Positions 19,069-28,440 of a stretch of 64,000 bases of DNA are shown here, in pieces. The notes below the pieces were generated by a model. The model searched no databases. It saw nothing but the letters and a program-made list of their open reading frames with translations, and was not told where the DNA came from. The DNA lies in NCBI RefSeq assembly GCF_946187725.1, contig NZ_CAMHSK010000002.1, positions 58,848 through 122,847 of the forward strand, read 5' to 3'. Source of the stretch: an uncultured Treponema sp. Lineage in GTDB: Bacteria > Spirochaetota > Spirochaetia > Treponematales > Treponemataceae. Both the position numbers and the translations under genes were made by a program. How positions within the stretch are numbered: position 1 is the stretch's first letter; each line of letters begins with the position of its first letter.

Positions 19069-19854
19069 ATGAAAAATGTTCTTCTGAAAACATTTTTTTT
19101 CCTCGCACTCATCGCGCTTGCAGCTGAAAGTGCCAGTGCAAAATCAAACGGAATCGATAAAATCAAACGAGCGGGAGTTCTTACTGTCGGCGTAAAGGAT
19201 GATGTTCCAGGATTCGGCTATCTGAACCCGGATACAAAAGAATATGAAGGCCTTGAAATTGACATCGCAAAGGCAATCGCAAAACATATTCTTGGAAGCG
19301 AGTCAAAAGTCAATTTCGTTACGGTAACAGCAAAAAACCGAAGCGCATTCATCAATCAGGATAAGGTTGACATCGTTATCGCAACCTTCACGGTCACAGA
19401 AGAACGCAAGCAGGGCTATGATTTTTCGGACATCTATTACACTGATTCAGTCGGCATCATGGTCAAAAAATCTTCGGGCATCACATCCTTCAAAAATCTC
19501 GAAAACAAAAAGGTCGGCGTTACACAGGGCTCAATGACAACGAGCACAATAAAGAATGCGGCAATCAAAGAAGGCGTGTTCCTCAACTGCGTAACATATC
19601 CTTCAAACCAGACCTTAAAAGATGCCCTCAGCCATGGTGAAATCGATGCGTTCTGCATTGACAACTCAATTCTGCACGGCTACATCGATGATTCGCTTTT
19701 GATTCTGCCAGAGCACTATGACGAAATGATGTACGCAGTCGCCATTAAAAAGGACAATTCAGCCGTCACAAAGCAGGTAAATGAAGTCATCCGAACCCTA
19801 ATCAAAACCGGCGAACTAGACAAACTCCTTACAAAGCACCGGCTCAAGTTTTAG
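19069..19854 (+). CDS. Amino-acid ABC transporter substrate-binding protein (family 3)
   Basis: 261 aa with a signal peptide. LTVGVKDDVPGFGY and DIVIATFTVTEERK are typical of polar amino-acid binding proteins. No permease or ATPase gene is adjacent. Confidence 0.75.
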   Translation: MKNVLLKTFFFLALIALAAESASAKSNGIDKIKRAGVLTVGVKDDVPGFGYLNPDTKEYEGLEIDIAKAIAKHILGSESKVNFVTVTAKNRSAFINQDKVDIVIATFTVTEERKQGYDFSDIYYTDSVGIMVKKSSGITSFKNLENKKVGVTQGSMTTSTIKNAAIKEGVFLNCVTYPSNQTLKDALSHGEIDAFCIDNSILHGYIDDSLLILPEHYDEMMYAVAIKKDNSAVTKQVNEVIRTLIKTGELDKLLTKHRLKF

Positions 19855-19888
19855 CTCGAATGTCTGTGTCTGGACACGGAGCGGCCGG

Positions 19889-22800
19889 CTATGCGAGGGC
19901 TTCCAGTTTTTCGCGGATGAACTCGCTCTTCTCCTTCAGGCCGATTTTTCCGGCTGAGAGGAGAATCATGTTCGGTTTTGTCGGATCAAGCCGCACCTTT
20001 CCGGCACTTTCTTTTATCAGTTTCAAAACCCGGTCAATCTTCAAATCACTGACCTTGCTGAATTCAATCTGAATCACGCCCTGTCTTTCTTTAAGAGAAG
20101 AAATATAAAGTTTCTTTGCGATTACACGGACTTCCGCAAGACTCAATAGGCTGTACACTTCATCAGGAATCGGACCAAAACGGTCTTCAAGCTCCAGATA
20201 CATGCTTTCAAGCTCATCTTTTGATACAACCCCCGCAATCTTCTTGTAAATTTCCATTTTTGTCTGAAGGTTCGGAATGTATGAATCAGGGATAAAGCCG
20301 GAATATTCAAGCTCCATGAGTACTTCGCTCTGAGCCTCATAATTTTCGCTGTTCATAAGGCGCTCAACGGCCTCATTCAGCAATTTTACATACAAATCAA
20401 AACCGACGGAATAAACTTCACCGCTCTGGTCTTTTCCAAGAAGATTTCCGGCACCGCGAATTTCCATGTCTTTCATCGCAATCTTAAAGCCTGAACCAAG
20501 CTCGGTGAAATCAGAAATAACCTGAAGCCTCTTCATAGCAACTTCGGTCAAAACCTTGTTTTCCGGGTATAAAAGATATGCATATGCTTTTCTGTCACTT
20601 CGGCCAACCCGCCCCCTAAGCTGATAAAGCTGACTTACTCCATACATATCGGCACGGTCAATGATAATCGTGTTTACATTAGGAATGTCGATACCGTTTT
20701 CGATAATCGTTGTTGCAATCAGAATATGGAAACCGCCCATCTTAAAACGACGGAAAATGTCATCAAGCTCTTCGGCACTCATCTGACCGTGAGCAATGTC
20801 AATCATCATCTCCGGAACAATCTGCTGAAGTTTTCGGCGTGTTTCCTCAAGGCTTTCAACCCGGTTATGCAGATAGAAAACCTGCCCACCCCGCTCGACT
20901 TCCTGCCTGATTGCCTTTGCGACCCGCTCATCCGTGTAGGCATCAACAATCGTCTCAATCGGCTTTCTAGTCTGCGGCGGCGTGGTTAAAAGAGACATAT
21001 CACGGATTTTAAGAAGACTCATGTGAAGGGTTCGCGGAATCGGAGTTGCGCTCATGGCAAGACAGTCAATGTTTGCCTTCATTGTCTTGAGTTTTTCCTT
21101 ATCTTTGACACCGAATCTCTGTTCCTCATCGATAATCATGAGTCCCAAATCCTTGAAATGCACATCTTTCTGAATGATACGGTGCGTTCCAACAAGAATA
21201 TCAACCTCACCGCTAGCAACTTTTGCTATAATCTTTTTTTGCTCGGCTGGCGTTACAAATCTTGAAAGCTGTGCGATATGAATCGGGAAATTCGAAAAAC
21301 GCTCAATACAGGTTTCATAATGCTGTTCGGCAAGAATTGTGGTCGGAGCAAGGAAAGCGACCTGTTTTCCGCCCATCACGGCCTTGAACGCCGCCCTCAT
21401 TGCGATTTCTGTCTTTCCATAGCCGACATCTCCACAGACAAGACGATCCATCGGAACAGGCTTTTCCATATCAGCCTTGATTTCTCTTGAGACATTGAAC
21501 TGGTCCGGAGTGTCTTCATAAGGAAAAGCCGCTTCAAACGCAGTCTGCCACTCGCCGTCTTTCGGGAACGGATAGCCACGGCTGGCCTTGCGTCTTGAAT
21601 AGAGAGCGATAAGTTTTTCAGCAAGATCTTCAACGGCCTTTTTCGCCTTGCTCTTGCGGTTTTCCCAGGATTTTGAACCGATTCGGTCAAGTTTCGGAGC
21701 ATCGCCCTCATTTCCAATGTATCGTTGAACAAGATTGACCTGCTCAATCGGCACGAAAGCGAATTCTTCATCAGCATATTCAAGCTTGATGTAATCGCGT
21801 TCGTTACCCATTGCCTTTACGCGCTGGATTCCTTTAAAAAGACCGATTCCATAATTGACATGAACGACATAATCACCTTCATTAAGCTCGACAAAAGTAT
21901 CGATTGCCTGAGATTTCGCATGATGAAGGGATTTGGGAACATGCTTTCGACGGCCAAAAATCTCATTTTCCTGAATTACAAGCGTTTTTGTTTCGGAAAT
22001 GCTGAATCCTGAAGTAATTGCTTTTGGAAAAACGACAAGAGGATAATAAGGAAGACCTTTTTTTGCATTTTTATTCAGTCTCTCCAGATATTCGCCTTCC
22101 GCAGGTTTATCAATGAAATTCTTAAGAATTTCCTTTATGCGCAGAGACTGATTTTCATTGTCAGCAAAGACAAAAATCCGCCAGCCTTCACTCTGCAAAT
22201 CTTCAAGCTGTTCCTTGAGATAATTGATATTACCAAAAAAGCTCCTAGAAGCCTCACATTCGATTTTGAAGAAATTAACATCTTCACTTGCATACTTTTC
22301 GTCATCCGTCTCTGTATGACGCGTTCTGAACGAAATACGGTGTTCATGCGCTTTAGAAACTTCCTCAAACGGAATCAGCATGTCGCTTGGAGGAAGGACC
22401 GGCATAGTCAAACGGGCCTTACGGTAAATTCCCGCATACTCACGGTCAAAATTCTCCTTCATGTTGTTAAGACGGTCATAATCATAGAAAAAGACCGTCG
22501 TATCCGGAGATATATAGTCAAATAGAGTGTATTTTTTCTCCCACAAAGCGCCGTAAAAGAATTCCTCGCCCTCAGATTCGCGTGAAATTTTAAGTTCTGA
22601 AAGCAGTTTGTCCTTTGCCTTTGAGGCCTCTTCTGTCAGTTCAAGATAAACCGTTTTATTCGTTTCAGCACCGTCTGCATCCTCCGTCTCCAAGTTCTTT
22701 CCAAACCTGTCAAAAACGGCTTCAAGACGGGCAATCAGCTCATCATTCCAAATGACTTCCTTCATTGGATAAATCAAAAGATTTTCACGGATTTCAAGCG

Positions 22801-23578
22801 TTGACTGACTTTCGACATTGAAGGATTTTATTGAAGAAATTTCATCAAAATCAAAAAGAATTCTGGAAGGATTTTCTTCACCAGGCGTAAAGACATCGAG
22901 AACTTCACCACGGAGAGTAAATTCGCCCGGCACACCGACTTTTGGAACACGGATATAGCCAAGAGAACTAAGTTTTTCGGCAAGTTCGGCAGGGTCAATC
23001 ACAGTGCCCTTATTAAGATTAAAGACGAGCGAACGGATATACTGAGGAGAAGGAAGCGGCGCCTGTAAAGAGCGCTGAGTTACAATAAAAATCCTTGCTC
23101 TTGTGCTAGAATTTAGAGAGCGAGCCTGATATGCGAGGCGGGCAAGCACACCGGAACGCTGACCGAACACGGCAGAACCAATGGCACTCGCACGGTAAGG
23201 AAGAAGCCCCCACCACGGAAGGATAAAAATATCAACCGAATCAGCAAATGCCGTCTCAAAATCCTGACGGACCTCAAGTGCTTCCTTTTCACTTGAAACT
23301 ACAAGCACAAAATCAAGCGATGAGGCAAGAAGCCCCGCAGTTCCACCTTTTTGCTGAGACTGAGAATATCGCCCCGTAGAATTATACTGCAATGAAGAGA
23401 GAATTCGGGCACGAACAGAATCAATAAAATGTGCCGTAAAAAAAGCGGCTGAAGTTTGAGAAACACCTTCAATTTCAGCAGGAAAATATGAGCCGGAAGC
23501 TAAATTTTTGACATCAGAAAAAAAATCGGTCCATCTGTTCGTAACAGAGGATATGCAGGTTGTTAACAGTGAATTCAT
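19889..23578 (-). CDS. mfd: Transcription-repair coupling factor Mfd
   Basis: 1229 aa. Walker A GDVGYGKTE, DEEQRFGV, and helicase and TRG motifs. Confidence 0.9.
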   Translation of the reverse strand: MNSLLTTCISSVTNRWTDFFSDVKNLASGSYFPAEIEGVSQTSAAFFTAHFIDSVRARILSSLQYNSTGRYSQSQQKGGTAGLLASSLDFVLVVSSEKEALEVRQDFETAFADSVDIFILPWWGLLPYRASAIGSAVFGQRSGVLARLAYQARSLNSSTRARIFIVTQRSLQAPLPSPQYIRSLVFNLNKGTVIDPAELAEKLSSLGYIRVPKVGVPGEFTLRGEVLDVFTPGEENPSRILFDFDEISSIKSFNVESQSTLEIRENLLIYPMKEVIWNDELIARLEAVFDRFGKNLETEDADGAETNKTVYLELTEEASKAKDKLLSELKISRESEGEEFFYGALWEKKYTLFDYISPDTTVFFYDYDRLNNMKENFDREYAGIYRKARLTMPVLPPSDMLIPFEEVSKAHEHRISFRTRHTETDDEKYASEDVNFFKIECEASRSFFGNINYLKEQLEDLQSEGWRIFVFADNENQSLRIKEILKNFIDKPAEGEYLERLNKNAKKGLPYYPLVVFPKAITSGFSISETKTLVIQENEIFGRRKHVPKSLHHAKSQAIDTFVELNEGDYVVHVNYGIGLFKGIQRVKAMGNERDYIKLEYADEEFAFVPIEQVNLVQRYIGNEGDAPKLDRIGSKSWENRKSKAKKAVEDLAEKLIALYSRRKASRGYPFPKDGEWQTAFEAAFPYEDTPDQFNVSREIKADMEKPVPMDRLVCGDVGYGKTEIAMRAAFKAVMGGKQVAFLAPTTILAEQHYETCIERFSNFPIHIAQLSRFVTPAEQKKIIAKVASGEVDILVGTHRIIQKDVHFKDLGLMIIDEEQRFGVKDKEKLKTMKANIDCLAMSATPIPRTLHMSLLKIRDMSLLTTPPQTRKPIETIVDAYTDERVAKAIRQEVERGGQVFYLHNRVESLEETRRKLQQIVPEMMIDIAHGQMSAEELDDIFRRFKMGGFHILIATTIIENGIDIPNVNTIIIDRADMYGVSQLYQLRGRVGRSDRKAYAYLLYPENKVLTEVAMKRLQVISDFTELGSGFKIAMKDMEIRGAGNLLGKDQSGEVYSVGFDLYVKLLNEAVERLMNSENYEAQSEVLMELEYSGFIPDSYIPNLQTKMEIYKKIAGVVSKDELESMYLELEDRFGPIPDEVYSLLSLAEVRVIAKKLYISSLKERQGVIQIEFSKVSDLKIDRVLKLIKESAGKVRLDPTKPNMILLSAGKIGLKEKSEFIREKLEALA

Positions 23579-23667
23579 TTTTGTGTTTACTTAGAAGTGC
23601 CCGGAAAACTGAAGTTCCGAACAAGTCTATTATACTTGTCAGAGTGATTCAGTTCAAGGCTGAAAAA

Positions 23668-24447
23668 TTACAGGATTCCGATTCCTGATTCAAGTGATTT
23701 TAGTTTCGTGAGACAGGCCTGCTCAATCAAAAAATAGACAAGCTGCTTCATTTCAAGGAAAGTTTTTTCGGAAACCGTGAGTTTACGCACTTCCTTTGGA
23801 CTAAGACTCGAAACCGCCTCAAGATAAGTAATGGCTGCCTTTGAAAGAGAAAAATCGATTTTACGCTCACTCAGACTATTGCAGTCAGGGCAGACAAAGG
23901 CATTTTCCTCACGCGAAAAAACATAGCGCATGGAAAGCGAATTTCCGCTGAATCGTTCTGAATGCAGGGAAGAAGCACATATACAGCAGGATTTTGTGTC
24001 AGGCCGGACGCCCAGAAGCCCAAGATATCGCCACAAAAAGCGAACTAGCCCAAGCCGCGACTCATTTTCATCAGAAAGCTCTATTCCATCAAGAAATCCA
24101 TTGATGATTTTCCAGCTTTCCTGACTTGAACCGGCGCATTTTGTTTTAATCAGGATTTCCGTAACGAAAGCGGCCGCATAGGTTTTAAAAAGATTTTCCC
24201 GGAAAGAAAGATGATAGTTTTTTACATCGAAATCAGTGATTTTAGTCTGATTTTTGGCTTCATCACGATATAAATAAAGAAGCCCCGAATTCATCGGCGA
24301 AACGAGAGACCTCATTTTGCTTTTAGGGCCGCCATAGAGAGTAGCAAAAAAAATCCCCTCGGAAGGGGAAAAAACAGTCACCCGCCTGTTGTTTTCTCCG
24401 CTCATTTGAACAGAGAGAATCAACGCGGGTGTGGAAAAATTACGCAT
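23668..24447 (-). CDS. recO: DNA repair protein RecO
   Basis: 259 aa. N-terminal OB-fold pattern (ALILSVQMSGENNRRVTVFS) and a C-terminal Cys cluster (CCIC...CPDC). Confidence 0.75.
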   Translation of the reverse strand: MRNFSTPALILSVQMSGENNRRVTVFSPSEGIFFATLYGGPKSKMRSLVSPMNSGLLYLYRDEAKNQTKITDFDVKNYHLSFRENLFKTYAAAFVTEILIKTKCAGSSQESWKIINGFLDGIELSDENESRLGLVRFLWRYLGLLGVRPDTKSCCICASSLHSERFSGNSLSMRYVFSREENAFVCPDCNSLSERKIDFSLSKAAITYLEAVSSLSPKEVRKLTVSEKTFLEMKQLVYFLIEQACLTKLKSLESGIGIL

Positions 24448-25157
24448 TAACCGACGATTTCAACGCCTGCACTGGCACCGATTCTGCTTGCTCCGGCTTC
24501 GACCATTGCAACAGCTTCTTCCCAGTTGTGAACGCCACCGCTGGCCTTTACGCCGAGACGGTCGCCGACAGTTTTGCGCATGATTTCAACTGCATGAGTT
24601 GTAGCACCGTTCGGAAGCAATTTTCCGTCTTTGCCTTTGATGATTGCAAAACCTGTTGAAGTCTTAACGAAATCAGCACCAGCCTTTTCTGAGCATTCGC
24701 TGCACTTAACGATTTCTTCATCAGTAAGATAGCATGCTTCGATGATTACTTTGAGGCAGACATGCTCTGGAGTTTCAACTTCATCGATTGCACCGCGAAC
24801 GGCTGCAATTTCATCTGTAACAGCATCCCAGTCACCGTCCTTTACGAGACCGAGATTAATAACCATATCAACTTCCTGAGCACCGTCATCAACAACGAGC
24901 GCAGCCTGACCAGCTTTGTCATCAGCAGAATTTGCACCAAGTGGGAAACCAATTACAGTACAGACTTTAACTGAACTTCCTTTAAGAAGTGAAGCAGAAA
25001 GTGGAACATAAGAAGGGTTCACACAAACAGAAGCAAAGCTGTATTTTTTTGCTTCCTCACACAATTTTTCGATGTCTTTTTTGGTTGCACAAGGATTCAA
25101 GTTTGTGTGGTCAATCATCCCGGCAATTTTGCGAATAGATTCAGCATTTTTTTCCAT
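24447..25157 (-). CDS. deoC: Deoxyribose-phosphate aldolase
   Basis: 236 aa. IDHTNL motif and the Schiff-base lysine context DFVKTSTGF. Confidence 0.85.
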   Translation of the reverse strand: MEKNAESIRKIAGMIDHTNLNPCATKKDIEKLCEEAKKYSFASVCVNPSYVPLSASLLKGSSVKVCTVIGFPLGANSADDKAGQAALVVDDGAQEVDMVINLGLVKDGDWDAVTDEIAAVRGAIDEVETPEHVCLKVIIEACYLTDEEIVKCSECSEKAGADFVKTSTGFAIIKGKDGKLLPNGATTHAVEIMRKTVGDRLGVKASGGVHNWEEAVAMVEAGASRIGASAGVEIVG

Positions 25158-25341
25158 AAATAAATTCCTCTTATCCCTATTGTACTCCTATATTCAGGAT
25201 TTCGCAAATTTTTTTTTTCAAAAAACTGTTAGCACTGCCTAAATCGTTCGTTAGCCAAGGGTAATTCGTTAATCAGCCCCTTGTTTTTCGCTTTTTCCAA
25301 TGTTAAATTATATTAAGAATCTTTTTTGTGAGGTATCAATT

Positions 25342-25515
25342 ATGGCAATGAAAATCGATCCAAGCGTATGCGTAAACTGTGGAACTTGTGAGCCAGACTG
25401 TCCAGTCGGCGCTATCAGCGAGAATGACGGACACCGCGAAATCGATGCAGGAAAATGCGTCAGCTGCGGAACATGTGCTTCTGAATGCCCGGCTAGTGCT
25501 ATCTCTGAGGCATAA
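25342..25515 (+). CDS. 2x[4Fe-4S] ferredoxin
   Basis: 57 aa from the internal ATG, with two CxxCxxCxxxCP clusters (CVNCGTCEPDCP and CVSCGTCASECP). Confidence 0.85.
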   Translation: MAMKIDPSVCVNCGTCEPDCPVGAISENDGHREIDAGKCVSCGTCASECPASAISEA

Positions 25516-25610
25516 TCCGTAAGGTTCAGACAAGTTTTTCTATATTTTTACAAGGCTGCTGTCACGGCAGTCTTTTTTTTTTCTTCAATTTGTTTTAAAA
25601 TCTCTGCATT

Positions 25611-25973
25611 ATGGAAATGATTCTGGTTCTTATTGCCTCAGTTTTATGTGCATCCATTGCAATTCCCCTCTGCCATCTTGCAGTTAATTTTCAAAAACCA
25701 TATTCAATCGCCGTCAGCACGATTCTTATTCTTTTCATCACCTTCATAATCATAAAAAAGATTAAGCAATACGGTCTTCTCAGCACAGTCGCCTTTTTAA
25801 CTAAAATCCTAATTGCGGCAGGCGGGCTTTTCTTGACTTTCATCCTCATTCTTAACGGAAAAAGATTCCTCGCACTTTTCAGCCTGATTTTAATGTGTGC
25901 CCTGCTCTTTCTGGCAATTCGTTTCTTAAAATCTGAAGGCACGGAACTGGCAGGCGAAAATTCCCGCAAATGA
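25611..25973 (+). CDS. Small integral membrane protein, function unknown
   Basis: 120 aa with about four hydrophobic segments. The stop overlaps the start of the next gene (ATGA). Confidence 0.4.
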   Translation: MEMILVLIASVLCASIAIPLCHLAVNFQKPYSIAVSTILILFITFIIIKKIKQYGLLSTVAFLTKILIAAGGLFLTFILILNGKRFLALFSLILMCALLFLAIRFLKSEGTELAGENSRK

Positions 25974-27019
25974 ACCGAAGACATTTAATTCTGCTGATTC
26001 TGTCAATTTCCTCACTGTATAAAGGCATTGCCATTGAAAACCCGGAAATTCCTTTTACAGGCGAAGAAGCACCGCAAAAAATTACCGTGCTTTCTGAAGA
26101 GGATTTCGTTCAAATCATAAATCCCAAATTCGTTTCACCGAGAAGCGCAAAATCCCCAGAAGAAAGTGAAAAAATCCGCCGTGAAAACGAAATCTGGCAG
26201 CAGTATCAAAAAGACCTTGAACGCTACCAGAAAATCAAAAATCTTCCGAAAGACTTTCCTGAAGAAAAAATCCGGGACAAACCAAAATCTTTCTTCTATA
26301 AATACACAGTCACGCAGGATAAAGAAAAATACCTCGACACTTTTAACGGAATATACGCAAGGTTTCAAACCGGTCAAGGAACTCTGGCAACGATTAACAG
26401 ACTTTCCTGCCCGGAAGACCTTAAAACCGGCATGAGCCTCATTTTTCCAGTCATGCAGGGGATTTTTATTCCTGAAAAAGTATCATCGGCACTTGAAATC
26501 ATCATCCAGAAGGAATATGCCAAGGAAATCACAAGGCAGACAGAAATTTTTGAAATCGATGGAAAAAGATTTTACTTTCTGCCCTCAAAGACTTTCTCTC
26601 AGACGCAAAAAGCCTTTTTTCACGACAATGGGATGCAGCTTCCTCTGAGCAAAAAAATCGTCACATCAGAATTCGGATACAGGACAAGCCCTATCTCAGG
26701 AAAATGGAAATTTCATGCCGGAATCGACCTTGCCGCTCCAATCGGAACAGAAGTTTTCGCGTGCAAGAGCGGTGAAGTCACAACCGTGGGTTATAATGAA
26801 ATTTACGGAAACTATGTCGTTCTCCTTCACTCGGCAAACAGAACAAGCCTTTACGCACATCTTTCAAAAGCACTTGTAAAACAGGGCCAGAGAGTTTCAA
26901 CGGGCGAGACAATTGCCCTCACTGGCACAACGGGCGCTTCAACAGGTCCGCACCTTCATTTTGAGGTTCGGGAAGACGGAAAAGCAACTGACCCGACAAG
27001 GCAGATTAAAAATTTCTAA
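25970..27019 (+). CDS. M23 family metallopeptidase
   Basis: C-terminal HAGIDLAAPIGTEV ... GPHLHFEV metal-binding motifs and an N-terminal signal/anchor. Confidence 0.8.
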   Translation: MNRRHLILLILSISSLYKGIAIENPEIPFTGEEAPQKITVLSEEDFVQIINPKFVSPRSAKSPEESEKIRRENEIWQQYQKDLERYQKIKNLPKDFPEEKIRDKPKSFFYKYTVTQDKEKYLDTFNGIYARFQTGQGTLATINRLSCPEDLKTGMSLIFPVMQGIFIPEKVSSALEIIIQKEYAKEITRQTEIFEIDGKRFYFLPSKTFSQTQKAFFHDNGMQLPLSKKIVTSEFGYRTSPISGKWKFHAGIDLAAPIGTEVFACKSGEVTTVGYNEIYGNYVVLLHSANRTSLYAHLSKALVKQGQRVSTGETIALTGTTGASTGPHLHFEVREDGKATDPTRQIKNF

Positions 27020-27167
27020 GGAAACACTGATTAATCGCGACAAGTGTTAAGCAGCACTTACTTAACTTCTTTCATTAAAAAAACTTAAACAAATTTCAAT
27101 ATTACGGCGGCTTTCCTGTGGAAAAATAATTACTCTTATAATATAATTTGCTTAACTGTTTATATTT

Positions 27168-28193
27168 ATGCTTTCATTGAGATTCAAGGCCTTTGCCGCA
27201 AACAAAAAGAAATTTTCTCTCTGCACGCTTCTGTTTTTGGGAGCTGCTTTTTCATTTTCAGAAAATTTCCGTGTCCGAAAAGTAATTCCCATTGAACTCT
27301 CAAAAATCGACGATAAAATCACAGTTGAAAGCGGAATCAATGACGCACTTTTTGTCACCCTTCCCGAAGATTTAACATACATCAGTGCGCTTGAGCTGAG
27401 TTTCAAAATTCCTGAATTAATCGCGACCTGGCGGGACTCAGTAGCATATACTCTCTACGACAATTTAAATCCGGTTCCAAGTGAAAATAACCTCAACTAT
27501 TACGGAGAACGCATTCATCTTGATACGCTGCCGGGAAAGTTGTCACTCACGCTGCATATCCCTATATCAAACGATTTTACAATCAAGGACACGCCCTATT
27601 CCACAAAGCTCCCTGTTTTCAAAAATTATAAAAAGGGATTTTTCCTGCGTTTCATGATGGTAATGAAAGGGGTTCCTGAAAGCCTTGAAAATTCCGTTCT
27701 TGAAATTACGGCAAAACCCGTTCTCAAAAACAAAGGCAAGCTCAATCTGAGCATTGAACCGCCAGATTCTTCTGCAGCATCATCACTTTCTGAAAGCGAA
27801 AAGAAAATCTCTGTCTTCATCGATGATATTCCGGTTCAAAATTACGAAACCCAGCTCCTCAGCACAGGAGAGCATCATCTTTCTGTCGTAAGTGATTTTT
27901 TCCGAAACGAGCTCAGAACCTTCAGAATTGAACAGGCTAAAACCACTTCCCTGTCAGTAAAACTCCGTGGAATCGAGCCGCTTTTAAAAATCCTCTGCCC
28001 AAAAGATACAAAAGTTTTCCTTGACGATACGCCTGTCAGTGCTACAGAAGAGCCTATGGCAATCACTCAGGGCGAGCACAAGGTCAAATTCCTTTTGGCT
28101 GACTACGAAATCGTAAAAACTCTTTCTGTTCTCAATGGACGCACCTATTCAGTTAACCTGAATGTAGACGCAAGCGTTACCGAAGAAGAATAA
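27168..28193 (+). CDS. Secreted hypothetical protein with two PEGA-like C-terminal modules
   Basis: Signal peptide. Repeated VF(I/L)DD(I/T)PV ... GEH(H/K) pattern resembling PEGA domains. Confidence 0.4.
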   Translation: MLSLRFKAFAANKKKFSLCTLLFLGAAFSFSENFRVRKVIPIELSKIDDKITVESGINDALFVTLPEDLTYISALELSFKIPELIATWRDSVAYTLYDNLNPVPSENNLNYYGERIHLDTLPGKLSLTLHIPISNDFTIKDTPYSTKLPVFKNYKKGFFLRFMMVMKGVPESLENSVLEITAKPVLKNKGKLNLSIEPPDSSAASSLSESEKKISVFIDDIPVQNYETQLLSTGEHHLSVVSDFFRNELRTFRIEQAKTTSLSVKLRGIEPLLKILCPKDTKVFLDDTPVSATEEPMAITQGEHKVKFLLADYEIVKTLSVLNGRTYSVNLNVDASVTEEE

Positions 28194-28313
28194 ATATCAG
28201 CTTGACTTCACTTTTTCGTTAAAAAATTCTATTCACATCGGAAAATTTCAAAATCTCTTAAAAATCTTTTCAATTCCACTAAAGATTTTCGCACTTTATA
28301 GCGATAATATAAT

Positions 28314-28357
28314 AGTCGGGCACGCAATTATCCCCTCCCACCCATTGGTGCCCGACT
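28314..28357 (+). other. GC-rich 10-bp-stem hairpin with a C-rich loop (candidate sRNA or leader element)
   Basis: AGTCGGGCAC (28314-28323) is perfectly complementary to GTGCCCGACT (28348-28357). The 24-nt loop contains CCCCTCCCACCC. A TATAAT box lies at 28308-28313. Confidence 0.4.
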
Positions 28358-28373
28358 TGCCTGATGGGCAACT

Positions 28374-28402
28374 GGGCTGTCGCAAGACAGCCCTTTTCTT
28401 TT
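28374..28402 (+). terminator. Canonical rho-independent terminator
   Basis: GGGCTGTC-GCAA-GACAGCCC followed by TTTTCTTTT. Confidence 0.75.
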
Positions 28403-28440
28403 ATCTTTACACAATCTTCTATAAATTGTATTCTATATCA

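Noticed and set aside
28345-28440. TTG-initiated extension of the class A PBP ORF
   Set aside because: It would translate through a canonical rho-independent terminator. The TM anchor begins at the ATG at 28441.
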